In this document: positions 19,103 through 28,989 of the stretch, piece after piece
Numbering within the stretch: the first letter of the stretch is position 1
Layout of the letters: each line of letters starts with the position of its first letter
Assembly: GCA_963840035.1 (NCBI GenBank)
Contig: CAWIXE010000001.1
Location: 416,001 to 480,000 of the forward strand
Direction of reading: 5' to 3'
From: a candidate division FCPU426 bacterium
GTDB lineage: Bacteria > Oederibacteriota > PGYV01 > Palsa-1178
DNA length: 64,000 bases
Made by a program: the position numbers and the translations under genes
The notes under the pieces: generated by a model
The model's input: the letters and a program-made list of their open reading frames with translations, nothing else
Told to the model about the DNA's origin: nothing
The model's database searches: none

Positions 19103-20002
19103 ATGAGACAATTTACAATTTTCAATTTACAATTTTCAATTAAAAGAGAGGCAGCCATAGTCCTGTTTATATTGCTTATTCTGGCAGGGTGCACGCCGTT
19201 GGATAAGAAGAATCCCACCGACCCTCAGGCAACAAATTATATTGGCATGCATTACATAGGCACCATAAGCGACCCAAAGCAGAAATCCATATCCGACATT
19301 TGTTTTTTCGGGACGGATATATTTGTCCTTGATGAAAGCGAGAGCATGGTATTCAGGTATAAAAAAGACGGGCAGCTAAGGTATAATTTTTACAACGGCT
19401 CATTGGCCTACCCGTCGGGTGCCGCCGCTGATTCATCCTTAATATATATCGTGGACAAGGATTCGGTCGTGGGAAATATAAAAATAATTGATCCCGCACC
19501 TGATACTCCTACAGTTACGGCATACCCTGCCACAAACCCGGACCCGCTGGAAAAATGCGCGGTAACAGCAGGATTTATTTATGTTTCAACGGAAACGAAC
19601 ATTTATAAATATGCGCTTCCGGGAGTCACACCTTCGGTCTTTACGGTATCAGGGAGCCCCGCGTTTTTTTCTATCACAGATATCGAGATAGGCCCGGGAA
19701 ACGAGATTGTGGTTGCGGATTCCATACTAAAAAAAATTATAATATTGGACAGCAGCGGCGCATTCATGAGGGAGTATTCATTTGCGTATAACATTGAAGG
19801 TATAGGCATAAGTAACGGATACATTTACATACCATCGGACGACGGCATACATAAAATAGATTTTAACACCGGAACCCAGGTCCTGAAATTCGCGGATTAC
19901 GGCGACGGAAACGGAAGGATATCCGCGCCAGGCCCATGCGAGGCTTCAGGAAGCAGGGTTTGCGTGGGCGAGATGAATATAATAAAGGTTTTTGAACCTT
20001 AA
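19103..20002 (+). CDS. Lipoprotein with NHL-like beta-propeller (copy 2)
   Basis: Lipobox LAGC, KNPTDP, LAYPSGAAAD; ends LKFADYGDGNGRI...IKVFEP, like copy 1 (LKWGDFGEGPGRI...IKVFGE). Confidence 0.7.
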   Translation: MRQFTIFNLQFSIKREAAIVLFILLILAGCTPLDKKNPTDPQATNYIGMHYIGTISDPKQKSISDICFFGTDIFVLDESESMVFRYKKDGQLRYNFYNGSLAYPSGAAADSSLIYIVDKDSVVGNIKIIDPAPDTPTVTAYPATNPDPLEKCAVTAGFIYVSTETNIYKYALPGVTPSVFTVSGSPAFFSITDIEIGPGNEIVVADSILKKIIILDSSGAFMREYSFAYNIEGIGISNGYIYIPSDDGIHKIDFNTGTQVLKFADYGDGNGRISAPGPCEASGSRVCVGEMNIIKVFEP

Positions 20003-20157
20003 AAGCAGTGGGTAGTGGGTGGTGAGTAGTGTGTGGCGGACAGTGGATTGCAATCGCGTGTGACGCATGTTTTAGTCCAGATTGATTTGGGATTTGTGAT
20101 TGCATGCTGAGCTTGTCGAAGCATGGGATATGTGATTAATTTTTAAAAGGAGCCGTT

Positions 20158-20901
20158 TTGGGAAACCCAAGGTTTTTTGTGAACAAATTTGAAGGAGCCA
20201 CAGCTGAGATTACAGGCGAGGATTATGACCATGCCGTACGGGTGCTTCGCTTAAAAGAAGGAGACAGGGTCAATGTGTTTAACCGTGAGAGCGGCGAGTT
20301 TGAAGCCGAGATAAAGGCCATAAATACCAGGGATCATATTGTAAGAACGGAAAATATATCAGCCGCAAAACTCAGGGAACACACCGGCGCGAATATCACG
20401 GCTATAATAGCCCTGATAAAAAAAGACAATATGGAATTTGTCCTTGAAAAAATGACAGAGTTGGGCATTGACGCCATAGTGCCGCTGGTGACAAAAAGGT
20501 CCGTGATTAAAATAAAGGAAGAGGAAAAAAAGCATAAACGCTGGGAGACCATAATATACTCGGCAGTCAAGCAGTGCGGCAGGATATCCGCGCCTGAGCT
20601 TTTTGAGACAGTGGAAGGCGTGGAAAACTTAGCGCCGGCATCCGGCGCCGGGTTTTTCATTTATGAAAAAGAGGAAGGCCGCCTTCTGATAGAAGAGGCT
20701 GTAAAGGCCGCGGGCGCTAGAGAGGCTTCATTCATCATAGGCCCTGAGGGCGGGTTTGAGGAGTCAGAGGCAAAAATAATAATTGAAAAAGGGTATTTGC
20801 CGGTTTCCATAGGAGATACCATACTGCGCGCTGAAACAGCGGCTATAGCCGCCGGGAGCGTCCTCGCGCAGGCGTTAAGGAGGGGAAATTGGAAAAGCTG
20901 A
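20158..20901 (+). CDS. rsmE: 16S rRNA m3U1498 methyltransferase RsmE
   Basis: HAVRVLRL, EKMTELG, KQCGR, IGPEGGF and ILRAETA motifs. Confidence 0.95.
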   Translation: MGNPRFFVNKFEGATAEITGEDYDHAVRVLRLKEGDRVNVFNRESGEFEAEIKAINTRDHIVRTENISAAKLREHTGANITAIIALIKKDNMEFVLEKMTELGIDAIVPLVTKRSVIKIKEEEKKHKRWETIIYSAVKQCGRISAPELFETVEGVENLAPASGAGFFIYEKEEGRLLIEEAVKAAGAREASFIIGPEGGFEESEAKIIIEKGYLPVSIGDTILRAETAAIAAGSVLAQALRRGNWKS

Positions 20902-22211
20902 TAGAGGCTGTAAAATCTGAAATATCAAAGAGAAAAATAAAAGCTGACATATACCTCGAGGAAAACACCAGGACAGAGGTGGCTGTCAATGACGGCAGCG
21001 TGGACAGGATTTCCCAGGCAGTCTCTTTCGGCATGGGATTAAGGATCTTTAAGGACTCAAAAATGGGTTTTGGGTTTTCCACGGTAAAGACAGCGGCGCA
21101 GGCCGCGGAACTCATGGACAAAACGGAAAAAAACGCGCGCGCCGAAGGGTACGCGGCGTACGAATTCGGGCCGGCGTTTGAACCGGGAAAAATAAACATG
21201 GCGGACCCGGGATATTTAAGCGTTACCATGGAGCAGAGGAAAGCCAGGGCGCTTTCCATGGAAGCTTCCGTAAAAAAATCTTCCGGAAAAATAAAGTCGG
21301 CATGCGACACGACATGCGTGGACAATTACTCAAGGATATTTTACTTAAACAGCGCGGGCGCGCAATATAATTATGAAAAGACATATTCTTTCGCGTTCAC
21401 TTCGGCTGTTGCCACGGACGGCAGGTCCGACGAAGTGGTTGACGCCATGGAAGGCAGCGTCATATGGAATGAAGTTGACGCGGATAAGGCAGGCGCTCTT
21501 GCCGGCGAAAAAGCCGCCGGGCTTTTATCAGGCGGACCGGTAAAAAGCGGAAGGTATAACCTCATCATACCGCCTGCCGCGGCAGTGGAGTTCCTGCAGG
21601 TAATATCGCCGATGTTTTCAGGGGCCAACCTGCGCAAGGGAAAGACGCTTTTAATGAATGTAAAAAAAGGCGAAAAAATCGGGGCTGATATGCTCAGCAT
21701 AGTTGATAACCCGCTGATGGATAACAGGATAGGCTCTTACCCGGCAGACGGCGAAGGGGTCAGGGGTTTTGAAAAAGAGGTCATATCCGCGGGCGCGTTC
21801 GGGACTTTTTTATATGACATGGTTTCAGGCGCGCATTTCAAGACAGCTTCCACCGGCAACGCCGTCAGGGGCTCGTATAAGGCCATGCCTGACATAAGCG
21901 TCTCAAATTTTTATATAAAGCCGGGGGAAAAAGGCGGCGCGGAGAAGATAATGAAAGAAAAAGGCATACTGATAAACTCAATGATGGGCCTTCACATGAC
22001 AGATACGGTATCAGGCAACTTTTCGTTGGGCATTAACGGATGGCTCGTAGAGAACGGCGAAAAAATACAGCCTGTCAAGGAAGTGCTGATAACCGGTAAC
22101 ATAAGGGAGTTTTTAATGAACATCCGCGCCATAGGCGACGATCTGAAATTCTACTTCAATTTCGGCTCGCCGACCATACTGGCGGGGGATATAATGGTTG
22201 CTGGAAAGTAA
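20889..22211 (+). CDS. pmbA: TldD/PmbA family protein (PmbA/TldE type)
   Basis: DGEGV, STGNAVRG, SGNFSLG and LITGNI motifs; no HExxGH. Confidence 0.85.
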   Translation: MEKLIEAVKSEISKRKIKADIYLEENTRTEVAVNDGSVDRISQAVSFGMGLRIFKDSKMGFGFSTVKTAAQAAELMDKTEKNARAEGYAAYEFGPAFEPGKINMADPGYLSVTMEQRKARALSMEASVKKSSGKIKSACDTTCVDNYSRIFYLNSAGAQYNYEKTYSFAFTSAVATDGRSDEVVDAMEGSVIWNEVDADKAGALAGEKAAGLLSGGPVKSGRYNLIIPPAAAVEFLQVISPMFSGANLRKGKTLLMNVKKGEKIGADMLSIVDNPLMDNRIGSYPADGEGVRGFEKEVISAGAFGTFLYDMVSGAHFKTASTGNAVRGSYKAMPDISVSNFYIKPGEKGGAEKIMKEKGILINSMMGLHMTDTVSGNFSLGINGWLVENGEKIQPVKEVLITGNIREFLMNIRAIGDDLKFYFNFGSPTILAGDIMVAGK

Positions 22212-22306
22212 AAACAGTGGCGAGTGGCGTGTGCTAAGTGTTACGGTAAGGCAGAACGGGCACATAGCACGCGTCACATAGCACATAGCATGAAAAAGGA
22301 GTATTT

Positions 22307-23143
22307 ATGGCAAAGAACATCACAGGAATCATAGGCTACCCTCTTTCACACACGCTCTCTCCCGCCATGCACAATAATTCATATAAGCATTTTAAAATGG
22401 ACTGGGAGTATGATGTTTTTGAGATGAAGGCTGAGGCAATCGCTGATTTTATGAAAAAGGTACGGGCCGATGGCATAAAAGGGCTCAACGTCACCATACC
22501 GCATAAGCATGTAGTTATGAAATACCTGGACAGGGTGGATAAGGCGGCGAAGGTAATAGGCGCTGTAAATACCGTGGTGAATAAGGACGGTATACTTACG
22601 GGTTATAATACGGATTACATCGGGTTTATAAAGTCCCTTGAAAAACATAAAGTGGACTTAACCGGGAAAAAAGTGGTCATGATAGGCGCGGGAGGCGCGG
22701 CGCACGCCATTGGATACGCGCTGAATACTTTTAATCCAAAGTCATTCCACATTTACAACATAGACATACCCATGATGATAGGCCTGGTCAAACAGCTGAA
22801 ACTCAAGGGCATAAAAGCTGCTGATATAAAACCATCGGAAGAAAAAGACGCGGTAATAGCCTCGGCTGATTTTATTATCAACTGCACATCGGTTGGAATG
22901 CACGGCGACGCAGTGCCATATGACATAAAAAAATTCAAAAAATCCGCGGTAGTGTTTGACCTGATATATAACCCGGCAAAGACCCCGTTTTTAAAAAACG
23001 CTGAGAAAAAAGGGGCAAAGGTCATCAATGGCTTGGACATGCTCATATACCAGGGCATAGAGGCTTTTTATCTCTGGACAGGCAAAACCCCGACATACGA
23101 CCTGGTAAAAAAAGCGGTCAACGCCTACTGGAGAAAGAAATAA
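22307..23143 (+). CDS. aroE: Shikimate dehydrogenase
   Basis: HTLSPAMHN, NVTIPHK, GAVNT, NTDYIGF, GAGGAA and DLIYNP motifs. Confidence 0.96.
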   Translation: MAKNITGIIGYPLSHTLSPAMHNNSYKHFKMDWEYDVFEMKAEAIADFMKKVRADGIKGLNVTIPHKHVVMKYLDRVDKAAKVIGAVNTVVNKDGILTGYNTDYIGFIKSLEKHKVDLTGKKVVMIGAGGAAHAIGYALNTFNPKSFHIYNIDIPMMIGLVKQLKLKGIKAADIKPSEEKDAVIASADFIINCTSVGMHGDAVPYDIKKFKKSAVVFDLIYNPAKTPFLKNAEKKGAKVINGLDMLIYQGIEAFYLWTGKTPTYDLVKKAVNAYWRKK

Positions 23144-23178
23144 ATACTGCGGCAAAATTTCCGTTATGTGTTTGTTAT

Positions 23179-23237
23179 TGTAGGGGCAATTCATGAATTG
23201 CCCGCCTTGGTTGGGCGATTCGTGAATCGCCCCTACA
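23179..23237. repeat. GTAG-tagged REP doublet
   Basis: TGTAGGGGCAATTCATGAATTGCCC...GGGCGATTCGTGAATCGCCCCTACA. Confidence 0.85.
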
Positions 23238-23288
23238 AAACCTAACCAGGAACTGTAACAAGTAGTGATTTTAAAAAAGGAGTGATTA

Positions 23289-24503
23289 ATGAAAAAATTT
23301 TTTGAGTTCTTTAAAAAACCGGCCGTTATAAAAACCCTGCTCGCGATACTATTCATAGTCCTGGCAATCTGGGGATTTAAGTGCGCCAGGGGAAATGATT
23401 TTTACGTATACTACGACGCGGGAAAGAAATTTATGGTGCTTGAGGACAACCTCTACAGGCCCGGGCAGATATCCGGCATGATAAACCACTACCCGCCTGT
23501 TTTTTCCATGCTCATGGTGCCGCTTGCGCTGCTGCCTCCGGTTGTCGCGGCTTATATTTTCTTTGTGATAAAGGTGCTCTTTACCGTATGGGCATTTAAG
23601 GTAATGCCAAAACTTTTTCCGGGGGGAAAAGTCAAACCAATTGTTTACGCCCTCGGGTTTTTAACGGCACTGAGGTTTTTTAACGATGATTTTAAGCTGG
23701 GGCAGGTCAACGTACTGATATTTGACTTCATCATCATAGGCCTTGCCATGTTCAAGGACAAAAAATTATTTACAGCCGCGCTTTTCATGGTGCTTGCCAC
23801 TACCATAAAAATATATCCCGGGATATTCCTCTTTTATTTCCTTTTCAGGAAGGAATATAAATTCGTCCTTATTTCTTCGGTGATGCTCCTTGTGTTAAAC
23901 GCGCTGCCTGCCGTGTTTTACCTCGACAGGTTCCCCCCGCTGTTCGGATACTTCCTGCAGGATTCCATATTTAACGCGGCGTCAGACCCGAACTCAGGCA
24001 TCGCCAACCAGTCCATCTTCGCGCTTATCATGAGGTTCTTCGGCCACAACCCGACAGACACGGCATATCCCGCGTATGTAAATTTTATGAATTTAGGTTT
24101 CGGGACGCTCAAGATGGTATTTTACGCGATTGGCGCGATATCGATCGCGATTGTGGCTATAATGGCATGGAAGGGAAATGAAAAAACAAGGATCTTTGAG
24201 ATAGGGGTGGTCATGGTAATCGCCGTGGCGTTCCCCATGGTATCAAGGAAGGCAAACTTTGTGTTCCTGATGTTCCCGGCTATGGTGGTCTTTTGGCACA
24301 TGTTCGAGGGAAAAAACCCGGGACAGGTTTTTAAGATACTGGCATGGCTTGCATTTGGCATGCTGCTTTTGACGTCTGACGGGGTTGCGGGGAGAAAACT
24401 GAGCAATATTTTTGAAGCGCTGTCATTTATAACCATAGGCGCGGTGCTGCTGGCTAAGATGAACGGGTATCTTTACCTAAAGGGAATTGGGAATCGGGAA
24501 TAG
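23289..24503 (+). CDS. GT87-family (DUF2029) membrane glycosyltransferase
   Basis: DFYVYY, YPP, GQVN, IKIYP and NQS motifs; polytopic membrane protein. Confidence 0.85.
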   Translation: MKKFFEFFKKPAVIKTLLAILFIVLAIWGFKCARGNDFYVYYDAGKKFMVLEDNLYRPGQISGMINHYPPVFSMLMVPLALLPPVVAAYIFFVIKVLFTVWAFKVMPKLFPGGKVKPIVYALGFLTALRFFNDDFKLGQVNVLIFDFIIIGLAMFKDKKLFTAALFMVLATTIKIYPGIFLFYFLFRKEYKFVLISSVMLLVLNALPAVFYLDRFPPLFGYFLQDSIFNAASDPNSGIANQSIFALIMRFFGHNPTDTAYPAYVNFMNLGFGTLKMVFYAIGAISIAIVAIMAWKGNEKTRIFEIGVVMVIAVAFPMVSRKANFVFLMFPAMVVFWHMFEGKNPGQVFKILAWLAFGMLLLTSDGVAGRKLSNIFEALSFITIGAVLLAKMNGYLYLKGIGNRE

Positions 24504-24519
24504 GGAATGCGTTTGGTTT

Positions 24520-24584
24520 TGTAGGGGCGGACCTGTGTGTCCGCCCGACAACGTTGCGGGCCGCCACATAGGGCGGCCCCTACA
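24520..24584. repeat. GTAG-tagged REP doublet
   Basis: Inverted near-copy of 46893-46957 (4 mismatches in 65 nt); partial third copy at 28877-28926. Confidence 0.9.
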
Positions 24585-24611
24585 GGGACAATTATTGGGG
24601 TGAATCTAAAT

Positions 24612-24794
24612 ATGAAAAAAATATTTCTTGTCTTAATTATTTTCGCCTTCATCTCAGGCTGCGCAAAGGAAAAAGAAGAAAAGCCGCAGATTATAGGCGG
24701 CAAGGACAGTTATGGCTGCATTCCCGGCGCGGGATATACCTGGTGCGAAAAAAAGCATAAGTGCTTGAGGGTATGGGAAGAGAAGTGCGAATAG
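24612..24794 (+). CDS. Small Cys-rich lipoprotein (60 aa)
   Basis: MKKIFLVLIIFAFISGC lipobox, then GGKDSYGCIPGAGYTWCEKKHKCLRVWEEKC. Confidence 0.75.
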   Translation: MKKIFLVLIIFAFISGCAKEKEEKPQIIGGKDSYGCIPGAGYTWCEKKHKCLRVWEEKCE

Positions 24795-24838
24795 ACAATT
24801 GAAATTTTATGACAGAATAACGGGGGGGGGGAGATTTT

Positions 24839-25876
24839 TTGAAAACAATAAAAACCGGAATAATACTCCTTGTATCTTTGGTTGTTCTTTCATGCACAAA
24901 GCCTGTTTTGCAATATGATAACCGGGGAATTTATTATTGGAAAACGGTATTTAATATTTCGGAGAGGGACAATGTTGTCTTTAAGAAGCTGAAGATAGAT
25001 AAATTATATCTGAGAATTACGGATGTCATATTTGACGAAAAGAATAAAATCCCGGTACCTTCAGCTCCGGTGGTTTTAGACAGCAAAATACCGGATGGAA
25101 TGGAATTAGTGCCTGTTGTTTTCATTGTCCCGGACGTTTTCAAAAAAATATCCGATCATCAGGCAAAAGAACTTGCCATTAACATTACTAACGCCTGCTT
25201 TATGGCAGGAAAAGCCGCGGGGAAGGCTATTGAGGAAATCCAGATTGATTATGACTGGACGCCTTCAACAAGAGAAAGATATTTTTACTTTTTGGAGTGC
25301 CTGAAAAAAGAAATTGAAACGCAAAAATTTGCGGCTGATCTTTCATGTACATTAAGGCTTCACCAGGTAAAATATATGAAAAAAACAGGGGTACCACCGG
25401 TTAACAGAACATCTTTGATGCTTTATAATATGGTTGATTCAAGAAAAGTAAGCGGCGAAAATACAATTTACAGCTTAAAGGAGATGAAAAAGTATACTTC
25501 ATCCATAAAAAAATATCCGATAAAAATGGACCTAATCTTTCCTGTTTTTTCAGAAACCCTTATTTACAGGAACAACCATTTAGCGGGGATGATGAACCTG
25601 CATGACCCGGAAAGGCTTAAAGACAGTGAAAATTTCAAAAAGTCAGGGAAGGATACGTTTATATCCTTAAAGAGCAATGTTTACGGGGGCTACGAACTTA
25701 ACGCCGGCGATGTAATAAAAGCGGAAAAACCAGATTTAAATGAAGTGAGGCGTGGGGCCTTACTGTTGGCAGGTAATAAAATACAATGGGGGTCGCTGAG
25801 TTTTTATGATTATGACCCGGGGGAGGGTTTAAGTGAAAAAGAAATGGATGTTATCGGCAATATTTTTGGCAATTAG
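24839..25876 (+). CDS. Lipoprotein, DUF3142/GH18-like TIM-barrel candidate
   Basis: Lipobox VLSC; YYWKT, EIQIDYDWT, TLRLHQVKY and LMLYNM motifs. Confidence 0.55.
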   Translation: MKTIKTGIILLVSLVVLSCTKPVLQYDNRGIYYWKTVFNISERDNVVFKKLKIDKLYLRITDVIFDEKNKIPVPSAPVVLDSKIPDGMELVPVVFIVPDVFKKISDHQAKELAINITNACFMAGKAAGKAIEEIQIDYDWTPSTRERYFYFLECLKKEIETQKFAADLSCTLRLHQVKYMKKTGVPPVNRTSLMLYNMVDSRKVSGENTIYSLKEMKKYTSSIKKYPIKMDLIFPVFSETLIYRNNHLAGMMNLHDPERLKDSENFKKSGKDTFISLKSNVYGGYELNAGDVIKAEKPDLNEVRRGALLLAGNKIQWGSLSFYDYDPGEGLSEKEMDVIGNIFGN

Positions 25877-28142
25877 CTGGAGTCAGCTTAATTCATGCGG
25901 CATTGAGGTGCTTTTTCCAAGCGTGCCATTTTTTATTTCGGAGAGCATCAGTACGGTAGAACCGGATTTTACTTCGGAATATCCTATTGAAAAAAATGAG
26001 GACACAGAAGTTATTATGCAGGAGTGGAAAGAGTACCTGGATGGAAAAATTTCTGAGAACGACATCAGTATGCTGCTTTTTCAAATGAGTCCTGATGATA
26101 TACGCGACGACAGGCGGTTAAAGGATGATGTTGAGACAAGGAATTATCTTATATCCCTGAGAAAATATTATGCAAATCCCGGTGACGAAAAAAAACCCGG
26201 GGGAATATGGAATATATTTAAAATATTCACAAAGAAAAAGGATGAAAAAGAGATCGATATTAAAAAAAGCGCATATGATAAAAATTTGAATGAATTTTTG
26301 AGGACAAGATATGCGTATCTGTATATGAAAACGCTTGATGATACCGGCGGCAATGATGATGAAATTATAAATATATATAATGATTTTTTTGCGGATAATG
26401 AAAAAACAATTTTAAAATGGTGGGCTCAGAGGGTCTGTGCAATAGCATATATAAGAAAAGATCAAAAGGAAAAAGCCGCCGATATGCTTTTAGAACTATA
26501 CAACAGCCTGGAAACATACCGAAGGACGGTAAAAAGAATAATTGGAGGAAATTTTACTGATGCAGAATTAAAGGGCATATATACCAATATTTCCGGAAAA
26601 GAGAAAAAGGCAACACTTGCGTGCCTTATGAGGGACACTAAACTTATATACGAGTCAGACCCGTTAAGCGCAAGGACAAGGCAGATATTTTACGAAAAAA
26701 CAGTTGAACTGGGGAATACATACATATACAACAACCTGGAGAAGCTTCTATTTGGGACGGAAAAAAGATATAATACCGGCGCCCGGGCATCCCAGGTCAA
26801 AGACGCCTTAAATAAGGAACTTACGGAGCTAAAATTATACTCGAAAAAGATTATGGACGTAACAACGGACGAAAAAATAAAGCTGACCTGGAAGCTTAGT
26901 TACGGTTTTCTTTGTATATTGAGCGCTGAAAACAAGGAAGCGGAAAAATACCTGACAGAATATGAAAATGCGTTCAAAGACGCACCGCCGGACAGTTTTA
27001 TGGAATCCAACCTTAAACAGGCAAAAATCCTGATCGCATTGAACGCGTTGATGGCCGGTTCGGATATTTACAATGAAAATGTTCAGGATAAAATACTGGC
27101 GGCATTATTAAGTTTTGACAAGAAAAAGTTCGGGGAAAACAACTATCCCGGAAGCGGCGGCATAGCTGACGTTTATACGGATTTGCTGGTATTAACCGCG
27201 CAAAGATATATAGCTGAAGGGGACCTGGCAAGGGCTACTGCCTGTTATAAGGATACCTATTATGAAGACTACGGTAATTTTTTAATTGATATTATGGCAG
27301 GCCCGGGCGACATGGATAAATTCCTGAGTTTTATAAGGAAAGAAAAACCGCAAAAAATGGATGATTTTTTAGTTGGAAAACTAAAGTTTTCAGAGGATGA
27401 CATCCATTACCTTACCTCAATGAAATACTTAAGAGACGCGAAATTTAAGGTTGCCCTTGGCGAAATAGATAAAATAAAAGATGGAGAATACTGGGCTACA
27501 AAAGAACAATTTAATAAATACGGGACATGGGATTCAGAAGGCGACAGTTATGCAAAATTTTTAAATATTACCTTTGACGGTAAAAATTATGGAGAAATGA
27601 CAAAAAAAGAAATGGTGGAAAAATTTGTGGAATTAGATACCATCCAAAAGGACAGGGAACTTACTGCAAGCAACAAAATGAAGTTAGGTTGCGCGTTTTT
27701 TTACAATAATCTTGTGGGGTATTCGGACATAGCATGGAAAGGAAGCCTGATAATCTTTTCGCATAATTATATGTGGTATGATCCGGCTTATAATTACTAC
27801 ATGGAAGCGTGGCCGATAAATGCGGCGATATCCTCAAAAGAGACGAACTCGATTATGAAAGAGTTTTTTGAAAAAAAACATAATTACAGGCGTACGTCGG
27901 CAAAGTTTTTTGAAGAGGCAAAAAATGCCACGACAAACAAGGAATTTGGGGCGGCCTGCTTGGGTTACATACTGCAGACAAAACCGGCATATGGCGAAGA
28001 CCTGATAAAGTCTGACAGGTTCAAGGAATTTAAGAACAAATACAACTCAACTGAATTTTATAAGGATTTTACCAGCAAATGTTCCTGGTTGAGTGAAGCG
28101 TTATACCCGGATAAAGATAAAAAGAAGGACTTAAAGAAGTAA
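25833..28142 (+). CDS. Large exported alpha-helical (TPR-like) protein
   Basis: 769-aa ORF with signal peptide and Cys (SCG), helical composition and terminal TEFY...KC; overlaps the upstream gene. Confidence 0.65.
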   Translation: MKKKWMLSAIFLAISWSQLNSCGIEVLFPSVPFFISESISTVEPDFTSEYPIEKNEDTEVIMQEWKEYLDGKISENDISMLLFQMSPDDIRDDRRLKDDVETRNYLISLRKYYANPGDEKKPGGIWNIFKIFTKKKDEKEIDIKKSAYDKNLNEFLRTRYAYLYMKTLDDTGGNDDEIINIYNDFFADNEKTILKWWAQRVCAIAYIRKDQKEKAADMLLELYNSLETYRRTVKRIIGGNFTDAELKGIYTNISGKEKKATLACLMRDTKLIYESDPLSARTRQIFYEKTVELGNTYIYNNLEKLLFGTEKRYNTGARASQVKDALNKELTELKLYSKKIMDVTTDEKIKLTWKLSYGFLCILSAENKEAEKYLTEYENAFKDAPPDSFMESNLKQAKILIALNALMAGSDIYNENVQDKILAALLSFDKKKFGENNYPGSGGIADVYTDLLVLTAQRYIAEGDLARATACYKDTYYEDYGNFLIDIMAGPGDMDKFLSFIRKEKPQKMDDFLVGKLKFSEDDIHYLTSMKYLRDAKFKVALGEIDKIKDGEYWATKEQFNKYGTWDSEGDSYAKFLNITFDGKNYGEMTKKEMVEKFVELDTIQKDRELTASNKMKLGCAFFYNNLVGYSDIAWKGSLIIFSHNYMWYDPAYNYYMEAWPINAAISSKETNSIMKEFFEKKHNYRRTSAKFFEEAKNATTNKEFGAACLGYILQTKPAYGEDLIKSDRFKEFKNKYNSTEFYKDFTSKCSWLSEALYPDKDKKKDLKK

Positions 28143-28180
28143 TTTTAATTATCAGGACTGTCAGCAGGCAATAGCTGTCA

Positions 28181-28678
28181 TCATATAAGGAAGTCTTTTA
28201 TGTTCTTTCTTTCCGGTTTTCTTCCTTTTTCCGCGGGTTTTCCCACGGCGAGCACTGTCATTAATTCAAGCCCCTTTGGCGTTTTTAAAACCTTTTCCGC
28301 CTTTTCCCTGCAGCTTAGTATCCCTCCGACCCAGCACATGCCAAGGCCGAGCGATACCGCTTCAAGCCACATGTTTTGTATGCACGCGCCTGTGGACTGG
28401 GAATTGCGGATTTTATCCACGGGGGAGTTAAGGTCTATGAAGATGGCTATTAATAAGGAAGAGGATTGAATAGCTTCCACCGAGTCGGTACAGCGGGCCA
28501 CCTGCATCATTTCAACCCTGTCTTTTATGATTTTGAATTTCCATGGCTGGTTGTTTAATCCTGATGGCGCCCAGCGGCCGGCTTCGAGTATGGAGGCAAG
28601 CTGTTTTTCAGTAAGCCTGTAGTTAAGCTTAAATTTCCTGATGCTTCGCCGAGATTTAATAAGTTTTAAAGCGTCCAT
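28181..28678 (-). CDS. Nitroreductase family protein
   Basis: RRSIRKF, APSGLNNQPW and LGLGMCWVG motifs; GGAGG RBS before ATG 28678. Confidence 0.92.
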   Translation of the reverse strand: MDALKLIKSRRSIRKFKLNYRLTEKQLASILEAGRWAPSGLNNQPWKFKIIKDRVEMMQVARCTDSVEAIQSSSLLIAIFIDLNSPVDKIRNSQSTGACIQNMWLEAVSLGLGMCWVGGILSCREKAEKVLKTPKGLELMTVLAVGKPAEKGRKPERKNIKDFLI

Positions 28679-28762
28679 ATAAACACCTCCCCGGTGTGAA
28701 AACATTATATATTTAACAAGGCAAAAGTCAATGATTTACCGACTTTCAGTTTTGTTCAGTTT

Positions 28763-28926
28763 TGTAGGGGACGCGCTCCCGCGCGTCCCGAATGGTTGTT
28801 TCCAGAAGGCGATTTTTTGCGAACAAAATACGATTAATTGTAAATCATTTCGCCTCGTTGAATAGGATTATCCGGCATGTGGCGGCCAGCGACGTTGTCG
28901 GGCGGACACACAGGTCCGCCCCTACA
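28763..28926. repeat. Two GTAG-type REP units upstream of lexA
   Basis: TGTAGGGGACGCGCTCCCGCGCGTCCC at 28763-28789 and ...GGGCGGACACACAGGTCCGCCCCTACA ending at 28926. Confidence 0.8.
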
Positions 28927-28955
28927 AGGGATTTAAAAAAATTCAAAAATATCAC

Positions 28956-28986
28956 TTGACAATTAGCATACATATTGTATACTAAT
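28956..28986 (+). promoter_or_regulatory. lexA promoter with overlapping palindromic operator
   Basis: TTGACA-16 nt-TATACT, 6 nt before the ATG; palindrome ATTAGcATACA-TAT-TGTATaCTAAT at 28962-28986. Confidence 0.75.
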
Positions 28987-28989
28987 GTC

